IMG/VR virus record: IMGVR_UViG_3300025816_000057
Location: 1-28,171 of that record
Origin: a virus
Lineage: Duplodnaviria > Caudoviricetes
Direction: 5' to 3' (one strand)
DNA length: 28,171 nucleotides
Shown here in pieces: positions 6,960 through 17,833 of the stretch. A program made the translations under genes and the position numbers. The notes under the pieces were generated by a model. It searched no databases. It saw only the letters and a program-made list of their open reading frames with translations, and was not told the origin of the DNA. The first letter of the stretch is position 1; every line of letters begins with the position of its first letter.

Positions 6960-9900
6960 TTACTCTATTAGTTTCTTATCTCTTAAATCAATTATTACAT
7001 CATCAGGATTTCTATCTATTAATTCTGTTGGATACTGTGGAAATAATATTCCTGCTGGTGTGTTATCTGATTTTAATAGGGGTTTATATGTTGTTACAAA
7101 ACTCCCAGACTGTGATGATGTAGCTTCACTTCTATATGATGAATCCATTTCAGAAGGCGCATCATTATTATCAAAAAATAATGTTGTATCATTTGTTGAA
7201 GGAATAAATTCTTTTGAAACAGGTAAGGATCCATATGGAAATTCTTTATTTATTAAAATAGAATTTGGAGAAAATACATTTCTTCTTAATATAAAGAAAT
7301 CTAAGTTTGTAGAGGGAGGTAACTCCCCATCTAATACTAATTTTAATTTACCACCATCAGCATCAGGTGGTGTTACTTCTAAAATTTTTCTAGAAAGATT
7401 TTCACTATTTTCAAATCTTATTTCATCAAATTCTCTTCCATCTTTAGAAGGTATTCTTACCTCCCAAGTAATAGTAGTAAAATCAAATCCAGAATCAGCA
7501 GGTTCTACACCTCCAGGAAATCTAGAATTAGCAGAAGCTGTATAAGCTAAACTTCCCATAATTTCACCTGTATTGTATTTAGCATTTCCTACTGGATCCT
7601 CAAGAACTATAGTATCATAATCATATACAAAACCTCCAGGAATGAGTAATGAACCAGAAAATTTCCAATATGGAGTTTTAAATGAATTAGGATCAGTTGT
7701 AGGATCATATGATGGGGGCAGTGTAGGGGTTTTAATACCTTCTATAGATAAATCAAATCTAGGAGAAACTAATGGAAAATCAAAATCTGTACCTGCTCTA
7801 TTATTTTGTTGACCATCAATATTTGGGTATTTAGTTGGTTGCCAAATATTATTTTGTGGTTGATCTCCATCTCTAGAAAGTAGTGTCATATCATCCATTT
7901 CTTGCTTAACTGAAAATCTATATCTTTTTTCAGATATAAAAGCATCTTTTTTTCTTGTTGTAAATATAAGTTGAGCGTAAGCCATTCCCCTATTTTGTAT
8001 CCTGCCAGCACTATAATTTCCATCTCCAAGTGCATATTCAATATCATATGGACAAAGTTGGATTTTAAGTCTATACTTTGAGGAACCAATATTTTTAATT
8101 ATAGGTTTTGAGGGATCACTAGTTGCTGTTGAAAGATTTATATTTGTAGAGGTTCCACCATTAACCATTTGTAATATTACATCTCCAACTAATTCTATGG
8201 GTTCACGTGTCCAAGTTCCCGCTACACTAGGAGAATCAGTAGTTGATTCTAACCAAAAAATTAAAGATCCAACAGATTCTCCAGGTGATCTACCTTGATA
8301 TGTTCTAGTATCATTTCTCCCCCCTGAGCCTCCTGTTATATATTCAAAAACGGGAGATAATGTAAAAGTACTTGTTAATAAAAAATTATAATCATCAGAT
8401 AATTGTGGTACTTGAGGTTGTTCATTATTTGATGCTGCCGTATTTAAACGTGCTATTTCATCTGTAGTAAAATAAATTTCACCTGGATTTGCGTAATAAT
8501 CACCTCCTGAACCTGAAGTTGTTAATATTGAAGAAGATGCATAAACTACAGGAGTTGGATTACTATATTCACCATATTTAGCACCTTGTTTTACTGTGTA
8601 TGAATCAGTAAAAACTGTATTTGTAGGAAAATTACCTATTGGATTATCTACTACAATACTAATAGAATTATTATATGCAACATTATTTGAGGCACCAGCT
8701 ATATTCATACTATAATTTACAAAATCATCACTAAATTGTGGTAATGTTGCTACTGTACCACCAAATGGGATATATTCTGAGTAAGTACCTGCACCTGTTT
8801 GAGACCATAAGTAAGCTGTAGGAAGTTTAGTTACTAAATATATATCTTGTTCATTATTTAAAATATCATATTGAGAGGAACCAGAAATTTGGTTTATACC
8901 TACTCTACTTTTCCCATCTGCTTCCCAACTACCTTCTACATCAAAGGCAGTATACTCAGATAAATTAGGTTGAAGTGCATCTCCACCCTCATTAATCAAA
9001 TATTTTATATTAAATAAAGTTTTATTGTTAATTGTAGGATATAAATCTATAACTTGATCACAATAAGCAAAATAAGCTGTTTTATAATCAATAACAGGTA
9101 CTTTTCCAAATCCCCCTACTAAACCATCAATACTATTAACAAAATCAGCTGAAGATTTAGCTCCATCATATCTAGGAATAATAGATGAGTTTTGAGTATA
9201 AAAAGATTCTGGTACTGTAGATTTAATAGCTGTATTATTTTTTATTGCTTTAAAGTTAGAAGGATTGTATAAACCATAAGTAAAACTTAAAGTTATTTGT
9301 AAATCTCTAACAATAGCACTTCCAAAAATAGGTGTTAATACTGATTGTGGTATAGTAAGTAAATCTCCATCTTTATGTCCTCTACCTGGACTACTAACTG
9401 TAATACTAAGACCAGCTCCTGAGTCTATAGAGGTAATGTCTAATTCTAAACCTGTTCCTGTACCAGTAGTTGTAATTTGTAATGTACCATTAGGTAAAGG
9501 AACTTGACTAACAATAATATTAACTCCATCTGTCATAGCCTTACCAGAAATAAATTCTACTGAAGAAAGATTAGTGGGATTAAATGGTGAAACTCCGCCT
9601 GTTGTAGTGCCATTAGTTATTGGCATACTATATATTCCATACCCATTTATATAAGGGGAAAAAGTAGGATTATTATTAAGATCAAACTGTAAATAATCAT
9701 TACCATTAGGGGTAGGAAATTTAATTTTTTTATCTGTGGAATCTATCCAAATATCAAAAATATTAGTAATAAGTACTGTATTACTATTATCTATAACCCC
9801 TCCTGGATAGTATGCATTATTTATTTCAACTATAGTAGAACTAACTTGATTAACATTATTATTAAAATAAAATTGTCCTACAGTGGTAACACCTACACTT

Positions 9901-11705
9901 GAATTATATATAAAAGAATCAAAAGGGGTGTAAGTAGTTAATGGATTGAATGGAGATTGAGATGATAATAAACTTTGACCCTCTTCTAATAAAAAAGTTT
10001 CAGGTATATTATATTCTACCTCTTGTATAAGCGGATTTCTTCTTAAAGTATCCTCTGTAACTATAAGATTATATAGTGGTTGACAATCAACTGCATTTGC
10101 AAACCCATCAGTACCACTAAATGCGTTTTCTATGAATACAGGTACTTTACCATCTCCTGTTTCTCCAGCTGAGGGAGTGTTAAACTCTAACTCATATGTT
10201 TGTACTACTAATGCTTGTTCTACTGAAGCTGAGTTTGCAGAACCAGATGATACTGATAAAGCAACTGATAGACAATCTTTTAAAGATAATGAATCTTTAG
10301 GTATTAAAGTACTCATTGTGACTGCTAAACCTTGATGTATAACAGAAGATGAGAATGATGAGGAAACATAATAATCATCTAATGTAGTTGGTATAGCAGA
10401 TGGGTAACTACCCGTGTATAATAAAATAGAAGCTGTTTGAAAAGTAGGTTCTCCTCCATCAGTATCAAAACCATAATGAGGTTCATTAGGGGAAATAGAA
10501 TAAGTTGTATTAGTTTCTCCATATTGAAATCCTGATTCTACTCCTGTCCATGATTTCAAAAACATAGAAACTGTTACTTGAACATCAGATTGTGGTATTT
10601 GGTTAAAAATATATAATCCATCAATAGATTCAGATAGTGAAGATGAATATGATATATAAACATCATTTACTCTAGTTGAAAATATATCTTGTACTGTACC
10701 AGTAGAGGTAGCAGATGGATTAGTAATAGTATTAGTAAAGTTAGCTACAGGTGTAAAACTTGGAGTTCCAACTAATGCTGTATATGTAACTTTTTTATCT
10801 TGTGGTAAATCAAAATATACTGGTGTTAAGAATTCATCAGAAGAGGTATATGTTACTCTAACTGTAGTAGTACTTAAGTTACTAGCTTCATATTCTACAA
10901 AATCATCATATTCACAGTATAAACCAAACTGGGAAGCTCCTATAGCTGAAGGAGTTGGTACGTTAAAAATACTACTTGTAAAAGTATATTCCCCATTAGT
11001 TAAGTTACCACTTGATACAGGAACAGATGGAAAACCAGTTGCGGTTTGAGTTTGAACTAAGGTTGCTACTACCGCTTGGGTAGAATCTTTAACCTCAATA
11101 GTAGCTCCAGATCCTGGAGGTGATGGGAGTGAACCATATCTTGTAAATACATAAGGTTGTACTCCTCTATTTTCATTTTCTACAGTAAAACTTCCACTAA
11201 AGGCTACTATACTATTTACTCTTTCTTGAGTACTAACATTACCATTTGAACCCAAAACTCTTTCATCAAATTTATCTGCTATATCTAAAATATTTCCATT
11301 ATTAAATGGGACATTAGAATATAAAGGAAAACCAGTTGGGGAAAATGGGGAAGAAGAAGTTCCAGAACCTGTTTCAGTTAACATATATGCTTTATATGGT
11401 CTGTGGAGGTGTGGATTATATCTATAAGCATTAGCATCCTCAGTATTTGCGGGTTGCCATCCTCTATATACCCATAGTTCTTGATTATCTGCTATAGTTA
11501 TTTCTGTAGTATCGTTTGCTCCATTTTGAACAAGATATGTAAGATTAGCTCCTAAAGAAGAAATCTTAGCTGTAGTATTACTATTAACTATAGGACTATT
11601 CTTAGGAGAGGTTAACAAAGTATTCATACCACTTGTTGTGGATGAACCGGAAACAAATACTTGATTTGTTGTTTCTTTAAAATAATATTCTATTTTGTCT
11701 GACAT
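6960..11705 (-). CDS. Large virion structural protein (1581 aa), probably baseplate periphery or fibre
   Basis: Long ORF rich in S/T/G/N/P and aromatic residues and poor in Lys, lying between the baseplate wedge and fibre-anchor genes; no enzyme motif recognised. Confidence 0.7.
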   Translation of the reverse strand: MSDKIEYYFKETTNQVFVSGSSTTSGMNTLLTSPKNSPIVNSNTTAKISSLGANLTYLVQNGANDTTEITIADNQELWVYRGWQPANTEDANAYRYNPHLHRPYKAYMLTETGSGTSSSPFSPTGFPLYSNVPFNNGNILDIADKFDERVLGSNGNVSTQERVNSIVAFSGSFTVENENRGVQPYVFTRYGSLPSPPGSGATIEVKDSTQAVVATLVQTQTATGFPSVPVSSGNLTNGEYTFTSSIFNVPTPSAIGASQFGLYCEYDDFVEYEASNLSTTTVRVTYTSSDEFLTPVYFDLPQDKKVTYTALVGTPSFTPVANFTNTITNPSATSTGTVQDIFSTRVNDVYISYSSSLSESIDGLYIFNQIPQSDVQVTVSMFLKSWTGVESGFQYGETNTTYSISPNEPHYGFDTDGGEPTFQTASILLYTGSYPSAIPTTLDDYYVSSSFSSSVIHQGLAVTMSTLIPKDSLSLKDCLSVALSVSSGSANSASVEQALVVQTYELEFNTPSAGETGDGKVPVFIENAFSGTDGFANAVDCQPLYNLIVTEDTLRRNPLIQEVEYNIPETFLLEEGQSLLSSQSPFNPLTTYTPFDSFIYNSSVGVTTVGQFYFNNNVNQVSSTIVEINNAYYPGGVIDNSNTVLITNIFDIWIDSTDKKIKFPTPNGNDYLQFDLNNNPTFSPYINGYGIYSMPITNGTTTGGVSPFNPTNLSSVEFISGKAMTDGVNIIVSQVPLPNGTLQITTTGTGTGLELDITSIDSGAGLSITVSSPGRGHKDGDLLTIPQSVLTPIFGSAIVRDLQITLSFTYGLYNPSNFKAIKNNTAIKSTVPESFYTQNSSIIPRYDGAKSSADFVNSIDGLVGGFGKVPVIDYKTAYFAYCDQVIDLYPTINNKTLFNIKYLINEGGDALQPNLSEYTAFDVEGSWEADGKSRVGINQISGSSQYDILNNEQDIYLVTKLPTAYLWSQTGAGTYSEYIPFGGTVATLPQFSDDFVNYSMNIAGASNNVAYNNSISIVVDNPIGNFPTNTVFTDSYTVKQGAKYGEYSNPTPVVYASSSILTTSGSGGDYYANPGEIYFTTDEIARLNTAASNNEQPQVPQLSDDYNFLLTSTFTLSPVFEYITGGSGGRNDTRTYQGRSPGESVGSLIFWLESTTDSPSVAGTWTREPIELVGDVILQMVNGGTSTNINLSTATSDPSKPIIKNIGSSKYRLKIQLCPYDIEYALGDGNYSAGRIQNRGMAYAQLIFTTRKKDAFISEKRYRFSVKQEMDDMTLLSRDGDQPQNNIWQPTKYPNIDGQQNNRAGTDFDFPLVSPRFDLSIEGIKTPTLPPSYDPTTDPNSFKTPYWKFSGSLLIPGGFVYDYDTIVLEDPVGNAKYNTGEIMGSLAYTASANSRFPGGVEPADSGFDFTTITWEVRIPSKDGREFDEIRFENSENLSRKILEVTPPDADGGKLKLVLDGELPPSTNLDFFILRRNVFSPNSILINKEFPYGSLPVSKEFIPSTNDTTLFFDNNDAPSEMDSSYRSEATSSQSGSFVTTYKPLLKSDNTPAGILFPQYPTELIDRNPDDVIIDLRDKKLIE

Positions 11706-11714
11706 GCTCTATTG

Positions 11715-11724
11715 TAATAAATAA
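11715..11724 (-). promoter_or_regulatory. Candidate phage late-promoter motif variant TTATTTATTA
   Basis: In a 36-nt gap, 9 nt upstream of the ATG at 11705; the 12-mer TATTTATTACAA (11712-11723) is shared with 1101-1112. Confidence 0.45.
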
Positions 11725-11741
11725 CATAAATTTATACTTTT

Positions 11742-14700
11742 TTAAGTATTTCTTAATAATATTGTACAAGCTACAGGATCTGTAGGAGTAGCAAGAAAAT
11801 CATTACTTGCTGATGAATCTAAATCTACAGAATACCATGTGAAAGTCCTACCTTGTGTACTACCAATTCCTGAAGTTGTTGACATTTGGTTAACTAATGT
11901 AGCTGAAATTGGGGTTTCATAAAGAGCACCTTGTAAAGGATTTGCATATAGTGCACTAGAAGGATTCGAAAGATCACCATTAAAGAATATTGGGTAAAAA
12001 TGAGTACCATCACTAATACAAAACATACCATTTCCAAATGCAAATATATCCCTAAGAAATCCTGGGTGAGAACCATTAATACTTGCACCTACTGTTGATG
12101 CTTGAAATGAACCAAATGGAGTAATACCTTGTGCATAATTATCTGTACTTATATTCCAAGAGAAATTTGTAAAAGGAGCTCTATTTCCTGATAATCTTAC
12201 CTTTATATCATATGAATTACTAGTTTGAGTTTGAGGCCCAACAATGATAGAAGTACCTGATGGTACATAGGCTCTAGGATTCCAATCAGTTTCACCTGGT
12301 AATTGGAATTCAAAAACAGGTGTTGTAGTATTCCATCCAAAAGGTTCTATTACTATACCTTTAGTCCAACTTGCAACAGTACCTGCACCTAATAATCTGA
12401 TTTTAGTATCTGCAGCATTACCACCTTGATTAGTATTAGTAAATAGATTATATTGAATAACATCACTAAAAGTTAAACCAGTGGCAGGTACAGCTGCTGG
12501 TGGACTATAAATTGGAAAAATAGGACCTATAGGTACACTTGAGGCTGTTATTGAACCAGTATATAACTGCAAATCAGTTTGACCTGCATTTCCTACTTGT
12601 GATGAATTAACTAAAACTTGAGTAGTAGCTTCTATAGCATTCATAAACCAAGGATATGTACTTGGAGTATATGATGAAATATTAGTTGTATCAGTATCTA
12701 TTTCTTTTCTTCCTATATTAAAGTTTCCAGTTTCATCTGTATTAAATCCGTCACCAGATGAGGTATAAAAAACATTACCATTAATATCATCTATAAAAAA
12801 TGTAGCATCATCCCATCCTCTAAGGAAAGATTCAGTTGGGAATGTTGGTACTGGAGGGAAATATCCTTGTGGTACTGATTGGGTTAAGTTAATGGCGGGT
12901 GTTACATTTGGATCTCTTCCAGATGCAGTTGCTAACCAATTTAATTGCCCACTTGCTGAAAATGTTAAATCATAAAAACTAGCATCATTAGAACCTACTA
13001 CATCTGAAGATGGTGGTTGAAAAATTTCTAATAATTGAGCATTGGTAGTAGATGGGTTATTATCATCTTGTGCTGAGATACTAGAAATATACCAAGTTTG
13101 AGGACCACTAATAATATTAAATATAAAGTCAAATGCTTGGGTGAGATTAAAAGTAATAAAACTACTATCTTTTATATAAGGCATTATAGCATTTCCACTA
13201 ATATCTACATCAGATACCTTTATATATTTTACTTTATTAGTAGGCTGTCTAGTTAAAGTATTACTATTAGGTCTAGCAGATATACCAAGACCAGAAGTAG
13301 TAGTTACTCCAGCAGCATTTAATACTGCTTCACTAAATTCAAATATACCTCCAGTACCATATTGTCCACCTCCTCCAAAAAGAAAAGATGCTTGGGTTAT
13401 TTGGTTACTTGCTACTACTAATCTAATAGTTCCACCACTACCAATTCCAGTATATGTAAAAGCTGTAATATCATAATTACCATCAGCAGTTCCAGTTGTG
13501 GAATAACTTACACCACCTATTGGTGTGAGAGGATATGGAGTAGTAGATGAAACTTTTACAGGTGCAACTGTATCTGCCCAAAACCAAGCATTTCCTGCTT
13601 GTGGTATTTGAGTAGCTAATAAAAAATCTGATTCTAGGAAGGTTAGATTATTAAAGTATTGTATAAAATATTCATAGTTTATATAGTTGTTTTGACCAAA
13701 AAATGCACTACAAATATCCTTCATTCCAACAGCAAAATCACTCTGTTGAAACTCTCCATTATAAAACTCTCTTTGATCTATTCTAGGTATTGTATAAGGT
13801 CCTTGTCCTGATCCTGTTGTTAAAGATAGTTGATTTGGTAGTTGTGTACCTAAAAGAGTTTGAACAGATTCAGTTAGTTCTTGTACTACTCCAGGGTATA
13901 TAGAAGCAAATCTAGATGCAGATACTTGAGCTGCAGTTTGTCCACTATATGGTATACCTGAGTAACTTATAGGAGCATTATTTATATTATTAAACTCCTC
14001 AAATACTCCCCCTGTTCCTCCTTCATACAAATAAATAGAAGAACCACTTATTGTAGAATATTGAGGGTATGAACTAGATGAGTTTGGTAGTTGAAAATCC
14101 CTTGGTAGAGATCTTACTGTTCCTGATAATGATAAATCTTTTTGTACTTGGGGTACTACTGTTGAATAAGGATCAGAAGGAGAACCTGTATAATAAGTTG
14201 ACATAGTTGTAGCTATATCAACTGGGGGTGGTGCCAATCTGTTTCTTTCTAATAAGTTTTGCTTTATTACTACACCTGATGTTAAAGTTGTATTAGCAGG
14301 AGTAAAATCTTTGATCATTTTAAATAATGAGTTATCAAAGAACTTTATTAACCTAATAAAATCATTTACATCATAACTTGATATATATTTTTTAAAATAT
14401 TCATCTCTTAAAGCATCTAAATCAGGGTAAGTATAACTAGATTCGGATACTTGTCTAGGATCTCCTATATAATCTCCTATATTAAATGCTCCTACTTGGG
14501 CTATAATATCATCATTTATTTGGTCAGTAGGTGAAAAAGCTACTTCTAAATAATCTATACTATGTTCACTACTACTTACAAATACATTTTGTTGAATAGA
14601 TCTAAAAGCAGATAAAGTATCTCCCTCAGGAAGTACTTCATTTGTTATTTGGATTTTATCTGTAATCTTATTTTTTATACCTCCTGGTTGTTGATTAAAA

Positions 14701-17369
14701 TATATTTCTTCTTTATTTTCAATCCAGTTATTACTACTAGTATAAAAAGTATTTATGTCAACTGAAGATCCTCCAGCAAAACCAAGAAATGATGCTGTTG
14801 GTTCCCAACTACCAGTTGTTTTAGGATGTATTGAAACATTACTACCTGTATCTAATAAAGCACCTAAACTAGCTCTAAATGCTAACTCCTCAGGAGTTGA
14901 GTTTATTGTATTTCCTTGTACTGAAAATGGACTTAATACATAATCAAAAAATACACTTTCACTTATATGGTTTCTCCAATATCTTATTTCTTGTAAAGAA
15001 CCTGTTACTGGTGTGTAAGCTATTCCATCTAAAGCAACACTAGTTGGATGTGGAAATGATGATGTATCTGCTGAAGACCAATATTGAGTATTAGTTGTTA
15101 GAGAAGAAGTTTCATAAAATCCTACTTCTCCATTTATTTCATTAGCAGCACTTAAAATAACATTAGGTGAGTCACCATTTTCATCAACATTCACTTGTAT
15201 AGACCACCATCCTTCATCAAAGAAAGGTAAAAATACACTAGCTGTAGTATTAACATCAGTTGAACCCATGGGCCAAAATGTTAATGTACCATAGTTTTTG
15301 TTTAAAGCGGGAACTGATCCTGAATATGAATCTACATCTAATCCTGTACCTTGATAATCTAAAGTTATTACTGATACGTTTTCATCTCCAGCCCAAAGAT
15401 TATAATAAGTGGGTGAAGAAGGAATACCAGCAGATTTAAATCTAAACTGCAGTGAATGAGGATAGTTAAAGGGAGGTGCGTTACCTGGATCTTTAAGTAT
15501 AAAAGATGATGAAACATAACTTGTACCATCTAAATGGAAAGCATAGTTAAACTGATCTTGTGCATAATCCCAATCTTGATCTGTTTGTCTATCTTGACCC
15601 CCATACTCATTTATTCTTAATATTGTATCAGGCACACCATATGAGGTTATTAAAGCTCTTAAACCAGCTATTGTACCTTTAGTTTTTAGTAAATAAGGTA
15701 AGTTATGGTAAATCCGTTTATATAACCGCTTGTTTACATCGTCTAATGGAACTATGTCATTTGAGGCAGATATTTCATTATCTACCAGTTCTAACCCAGA
15801 AGCTGCGGGATAACTGGTGGTCATGTCCGGGAAAGGGAATGCACTACCAGAAGGTGTTAATCCTAAGAAAGCTGTAAATAAATCATCAGCATTAAAGTTA
15901 TTTGAATATAGTTTTATGCCAAAATTTCTAATAGCATCTGCTACTAAATCTTTTGATATACCATAATCTAATCTGTTATCAGCGTTAAATCTATTAGTTA
16001 AATCTTTAGTATATAACCAAACATTATCATATTGTTGAGCAACCATATCAACAAATAACTCATAGTTTCTATTTGCTGAATCGTCTCTTAGATACTCTGG
16101 TATTGTATTATACAGATAGTTAGTATTATTTTCATCATAGTTAGATGCTGATAAAGCTTGACCACCATATTTTGCGTTATCAGGATCAGCACTACCTATC
16201 CAATCTAATGCTTCAGTACTTCCTGTTGGAAATAAAACATATGGAGGTTCTGTGTTTGATTTAGGATAAGAATATTGTGAACCACTATTGTAGTAAAGAA
16301 AATATTCATATCCATCAAAGTTATTTTTTATAAAATCTATTTTAGAAGTAAATGTAGCTTTACTTTCACTATAAGCAGGGGAGGAAGGTGTACCCCCTCC
16401 TATTGTACCTAACTCTTCTATAGAATTATTATAGGACTCTATTAGTCCTGCCTTATAATAAAAATTTTCTAATCTTGTATTAGCTGAAGAGAAATATATA
16501 AAGTTATTATAATCATTATAATCAACACTAATATTAATTTCTTTTCTTTTTAATAAGTTATTTAACTGTGAGAATGAACTAGTTAAATCAGTATTTACTA
16601 AATCATTATAGTTAAAAGTTTGAGTACTTTCTCCTGTTTCTTGAGTTACCTCTATACTGTAGTTTGGACCTTTAATAAACTGGAAATCGTTAGGTACAAA
16701 CTCAACCTCAGGGAATTCTACATTATAAGCTTGTGAAACAGATATTTCCTCTACAACCCATAAAGTTGATTTTAAACTAAACTGTGGTGGTAAAGGTTCA
16801 TATAGTTTAATTAATAATGAAGGTTCAACTTCAGTTTCAGTATCTAATCTTAAGTTATTAGATATAACTTGTTGGTCATTACCAAAGTTAAGAAGAAAAT
16901 CTACAAAATAATCAGCCTCTTCTCTATATTGGATAAAATCATTACTTGAAGATACTATTAACTCATCTGATATTGTATTACTTTTTAATCTTACTTCTGT
17001 TCTATCAGAACTTATCTCACTAATATAATAGTTTAAAGTAATATCAGAAGCTAATCTTCTTCTATAAAAGTTATAAGTTGAAAAATATGAACCATAATCA
17101 TATCCTATTTCCTCTAAATCTTTAGATGGGTATAGAATAGTATCTCCTTCTAATACACTAAAAGTAGTTACAGAAACCGCTTTTGTAGGAGGTAAAGGAA
17201 ATATTAGATTTTTATTTTCATCGTAAGCATAATACTCTATATAATCAGTAGAGGATGAAAAAGCAGTATCTAACCTGGATGAAGAGATTAAAACATTATC
17301 CTGTTCAGTGTATTGTTGAAACTCAAAAGTAGTTGGATCAACTTGGTTTATTTTTATTTTATCTGTCAT
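11742..17369 (-). CDS. Baseplate wedge protein, T4 gp7 / P2 gpI-like, with LamG-like domain and long C-terminal extension (1875 aa)
   Basis: LYNTIPEYLRDD...YELFVDM and IYHNLPYLLKTKGTIAGLRALITSYG (KGT motif of gp7/gpI-like wedge proteins); WWSIQV...GSLQEIRYW suggests a concanavalin/LamG fold; downstream of the gp25- and gp6-like genes. Confidence 0.7.
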   Translation of the reverse strand: MTDKIKINQVDPTTFEFQQYTEQDNVLISSSRLDTAFSSSTDYIEYYAYDENKNLIFPLPPTKAVSVTTFSVLEGDTILYPSKDLEEIGYDYGSYFSTYNFYRRRLASDITLNYYISEISSDRTEVRLKSNTISDELIVSSSNDFIQYREEADYFVDFLLNFGNDQQVISNNLRLDTETEVEPSLLIKLYEPLPPQFSLKSTLWVVEEISVSQAYNVEFPEVEFVPNDFQFIKGPNYSIEVTQETGESTQTFNYNDLVNTDLTSSFSQLNNLLKRKEINISVDYNDYNNFIYFSSANTRLENFYYKAGLIESYNNSIEELGTIGGGTPSSPAYSESKATFTSKIDFIKNNFDGYEYFLYYNSGSQYSYPKSNTEPPYVLFPTGSTEALDWIGSADPDNAKYGGQALSASNYDENNTNYLYNTIPEYLRDDSANRNYELFVDMVAQQYDNVWLYTKDLTNRFNADNRLDYGISKDLVADAIRNFGIKLYSNNFNADDLFTAFLGLTPSGSAFPFPDMTTSYPAASGLELVDNEISASNDIVPLDDVNKRLYKRIYHNLPYLLKTKGTIAGLRALITSYGVPDTILRINEYGGQDRQTDQDWDYAQDQFNYAFHLDGTSYVSSSFILKDPGNAPPFNYPHSLQFRFKSAGIPSSPTYYNLWAGDENVSVITLDYQGTGLDVDSYSGSVPALNKNYGTLTFWPMGSTDVNTTASVFLPFFDEGWWSIQVNVDENGDSPNVILSAANEINGEVGFYETSSLTTNTQYWSSADTSSFPHPTSVALDGIAYTPVTGSLQEIRYWRNHISESVFFDYVLSPFSVQGNTINSTPEELAFRASLGALLDTGSNVSIHPKTTGSWEPTASFLGFAGGSSVDINTFYTSSNNWIENKEEIYFNQQPGGIKNKITDKIQITNEVLPEGDTLSAFRSIQQNVFVSSSEHSIDYLEVAFSPTDQINDDIIAQVGAFNIGDYIGDPRQVSESSYTYPDLDALRDEYFKKYISSYDVNDFIRLIKFFDNSLFKMIKDFTPANTTLTSGVVIKQNLLERNRLAPPPVDIATTMSTYYTGSPSDPYSTVVPQVQKDLSLSGTVRSLPRDFQLPNSSSSYPQYSTISGSSIYLYEGGTGGVFEEFNNINNAPISYSGIPYSGQTAAQVSASRFASIYPGVVQELTESVQTLLGTQLPNQLSLTTGSGQGPYTIPRIDQREFYNGEFQQSDFAVGMKDICSAFFGQNNYINYEYFIQYFNNLTFLESDFLLATQIPQAGNAWFWADTVAPVKVSSTTPYPLTPIGGVSYSTTGTADGNYDITAFTYTGIGSGGTIRLVVASNQITQASFLFGGGGQYGTGGIFEFSEAVLNAAGVTTTSGLGISARPNSNTLTRQPTNKVKYIKVSDVDISGNAIMPYIKDSSFITFNLTQAFDFIFNIISGPQTWYISSISAQDDNNPSTTNAQLLEIFQPPSSDVVGSNDASFYDLTFSASGQLNWLATASGRDPNVTPAINLTQSVPQGYFPPVPTFPTESFLRGWDDATFFIDDINGNVFYTSSGDGFNTDETGNFNIGRKEIDTDTTNISSYTPSTYPWFMNAIEATTQVLVNSSQVGNAGQTDLQLYTGSITASSVPIGPIFPIYSPPAAVPATGLTFSDVIQYNLFTNTNQGGNAADTKIRLLGAGTVASWTKGIVIEPFGWNTTTPVFEFQLPGETDWNPRAYVPSGTSIIVGPQTQTSNSYDIKVRLSGNRAPFTNFSWNISTDNYAQGITPFGSFQASTVGASINGSHPGFLRDIFAFGNGMFCISDGTHFYPIFFNGDLSNPSSALYANPLQGALYETPISATLVNQMSTTSGIGSTQGRTFTWYSVDLDSSASNDFLATPTDPVACTILLRNT

Positions 17370-17833
17370 TATACTACTGATGTATTAGTTGTGTTTACAG
17401 CTGGTGAAGAAACTTCTTGAGATATTTTAGCAAAATCATCTCCAGATATGGAAGAATCTTCTATTGCATTTATATCTAAATCAATCTTTTCTCCAGTAAG
17501 TGCTTCTGCTTTTTCTACTTGAGCCTGTAATAAATCTCTTCTTAAAGAAGTTATTTCAGCTCTTAAAGCTTCTATTTCTTGACTATCTTGATCAAAGTTA
17601 ATGTATTCTCCACTTGTTTTTATTAAATATTCATGTGAGTTAGTTTCACCTAAAGCAGGTATATCATAAAATAAGTTATTATATGATTCAAAAAACTGAT
17701 TGACTGTAACTGTATTTTCAATCTGCTCATTCAAAGAAACTACACCTAGTTGACTAAACTTAGTGTTTATTACTTTTGAATATTCTGTTTTAGAATATGT
17801 TTTCTTAATAAGGTCTACTTTTTGATCTGCCAT
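17369..17833 (-). CDS. Hypothetical baseplate-module protein with coiled coil (154 aa)
   Basis: ORF coupled to both neighbours (abutting upstream, TAATG overlap downstream); QEIEALRAEITSLRRDLLQAQ heptads. Confidence 0.75.
   Translation of the reverse strand: MADQKVDLIKKTYSKTEYSKVINTKFSQLGVVSLNEQIENTVTVNQFFESYNNLFYDIPALGETNSHEYLIKTSGEYINFDQDSQEIEALRAEITSLRRDLLQAQVEKAEALTGEKIDLDINAIEDSSISGDDFAKISQEVSSPAVNTTNTSVV

Noticed and set aside
11706-11741. Frameshift or readthrough fusing the 1875-aa and 1581-aa ORFs
   Set aside because: There is a clean TAA stop, a 36-nt spacer containing a late-type motif and a separate ATG; the similar starts (MTDKI/MSDKI) are too short to interpret.
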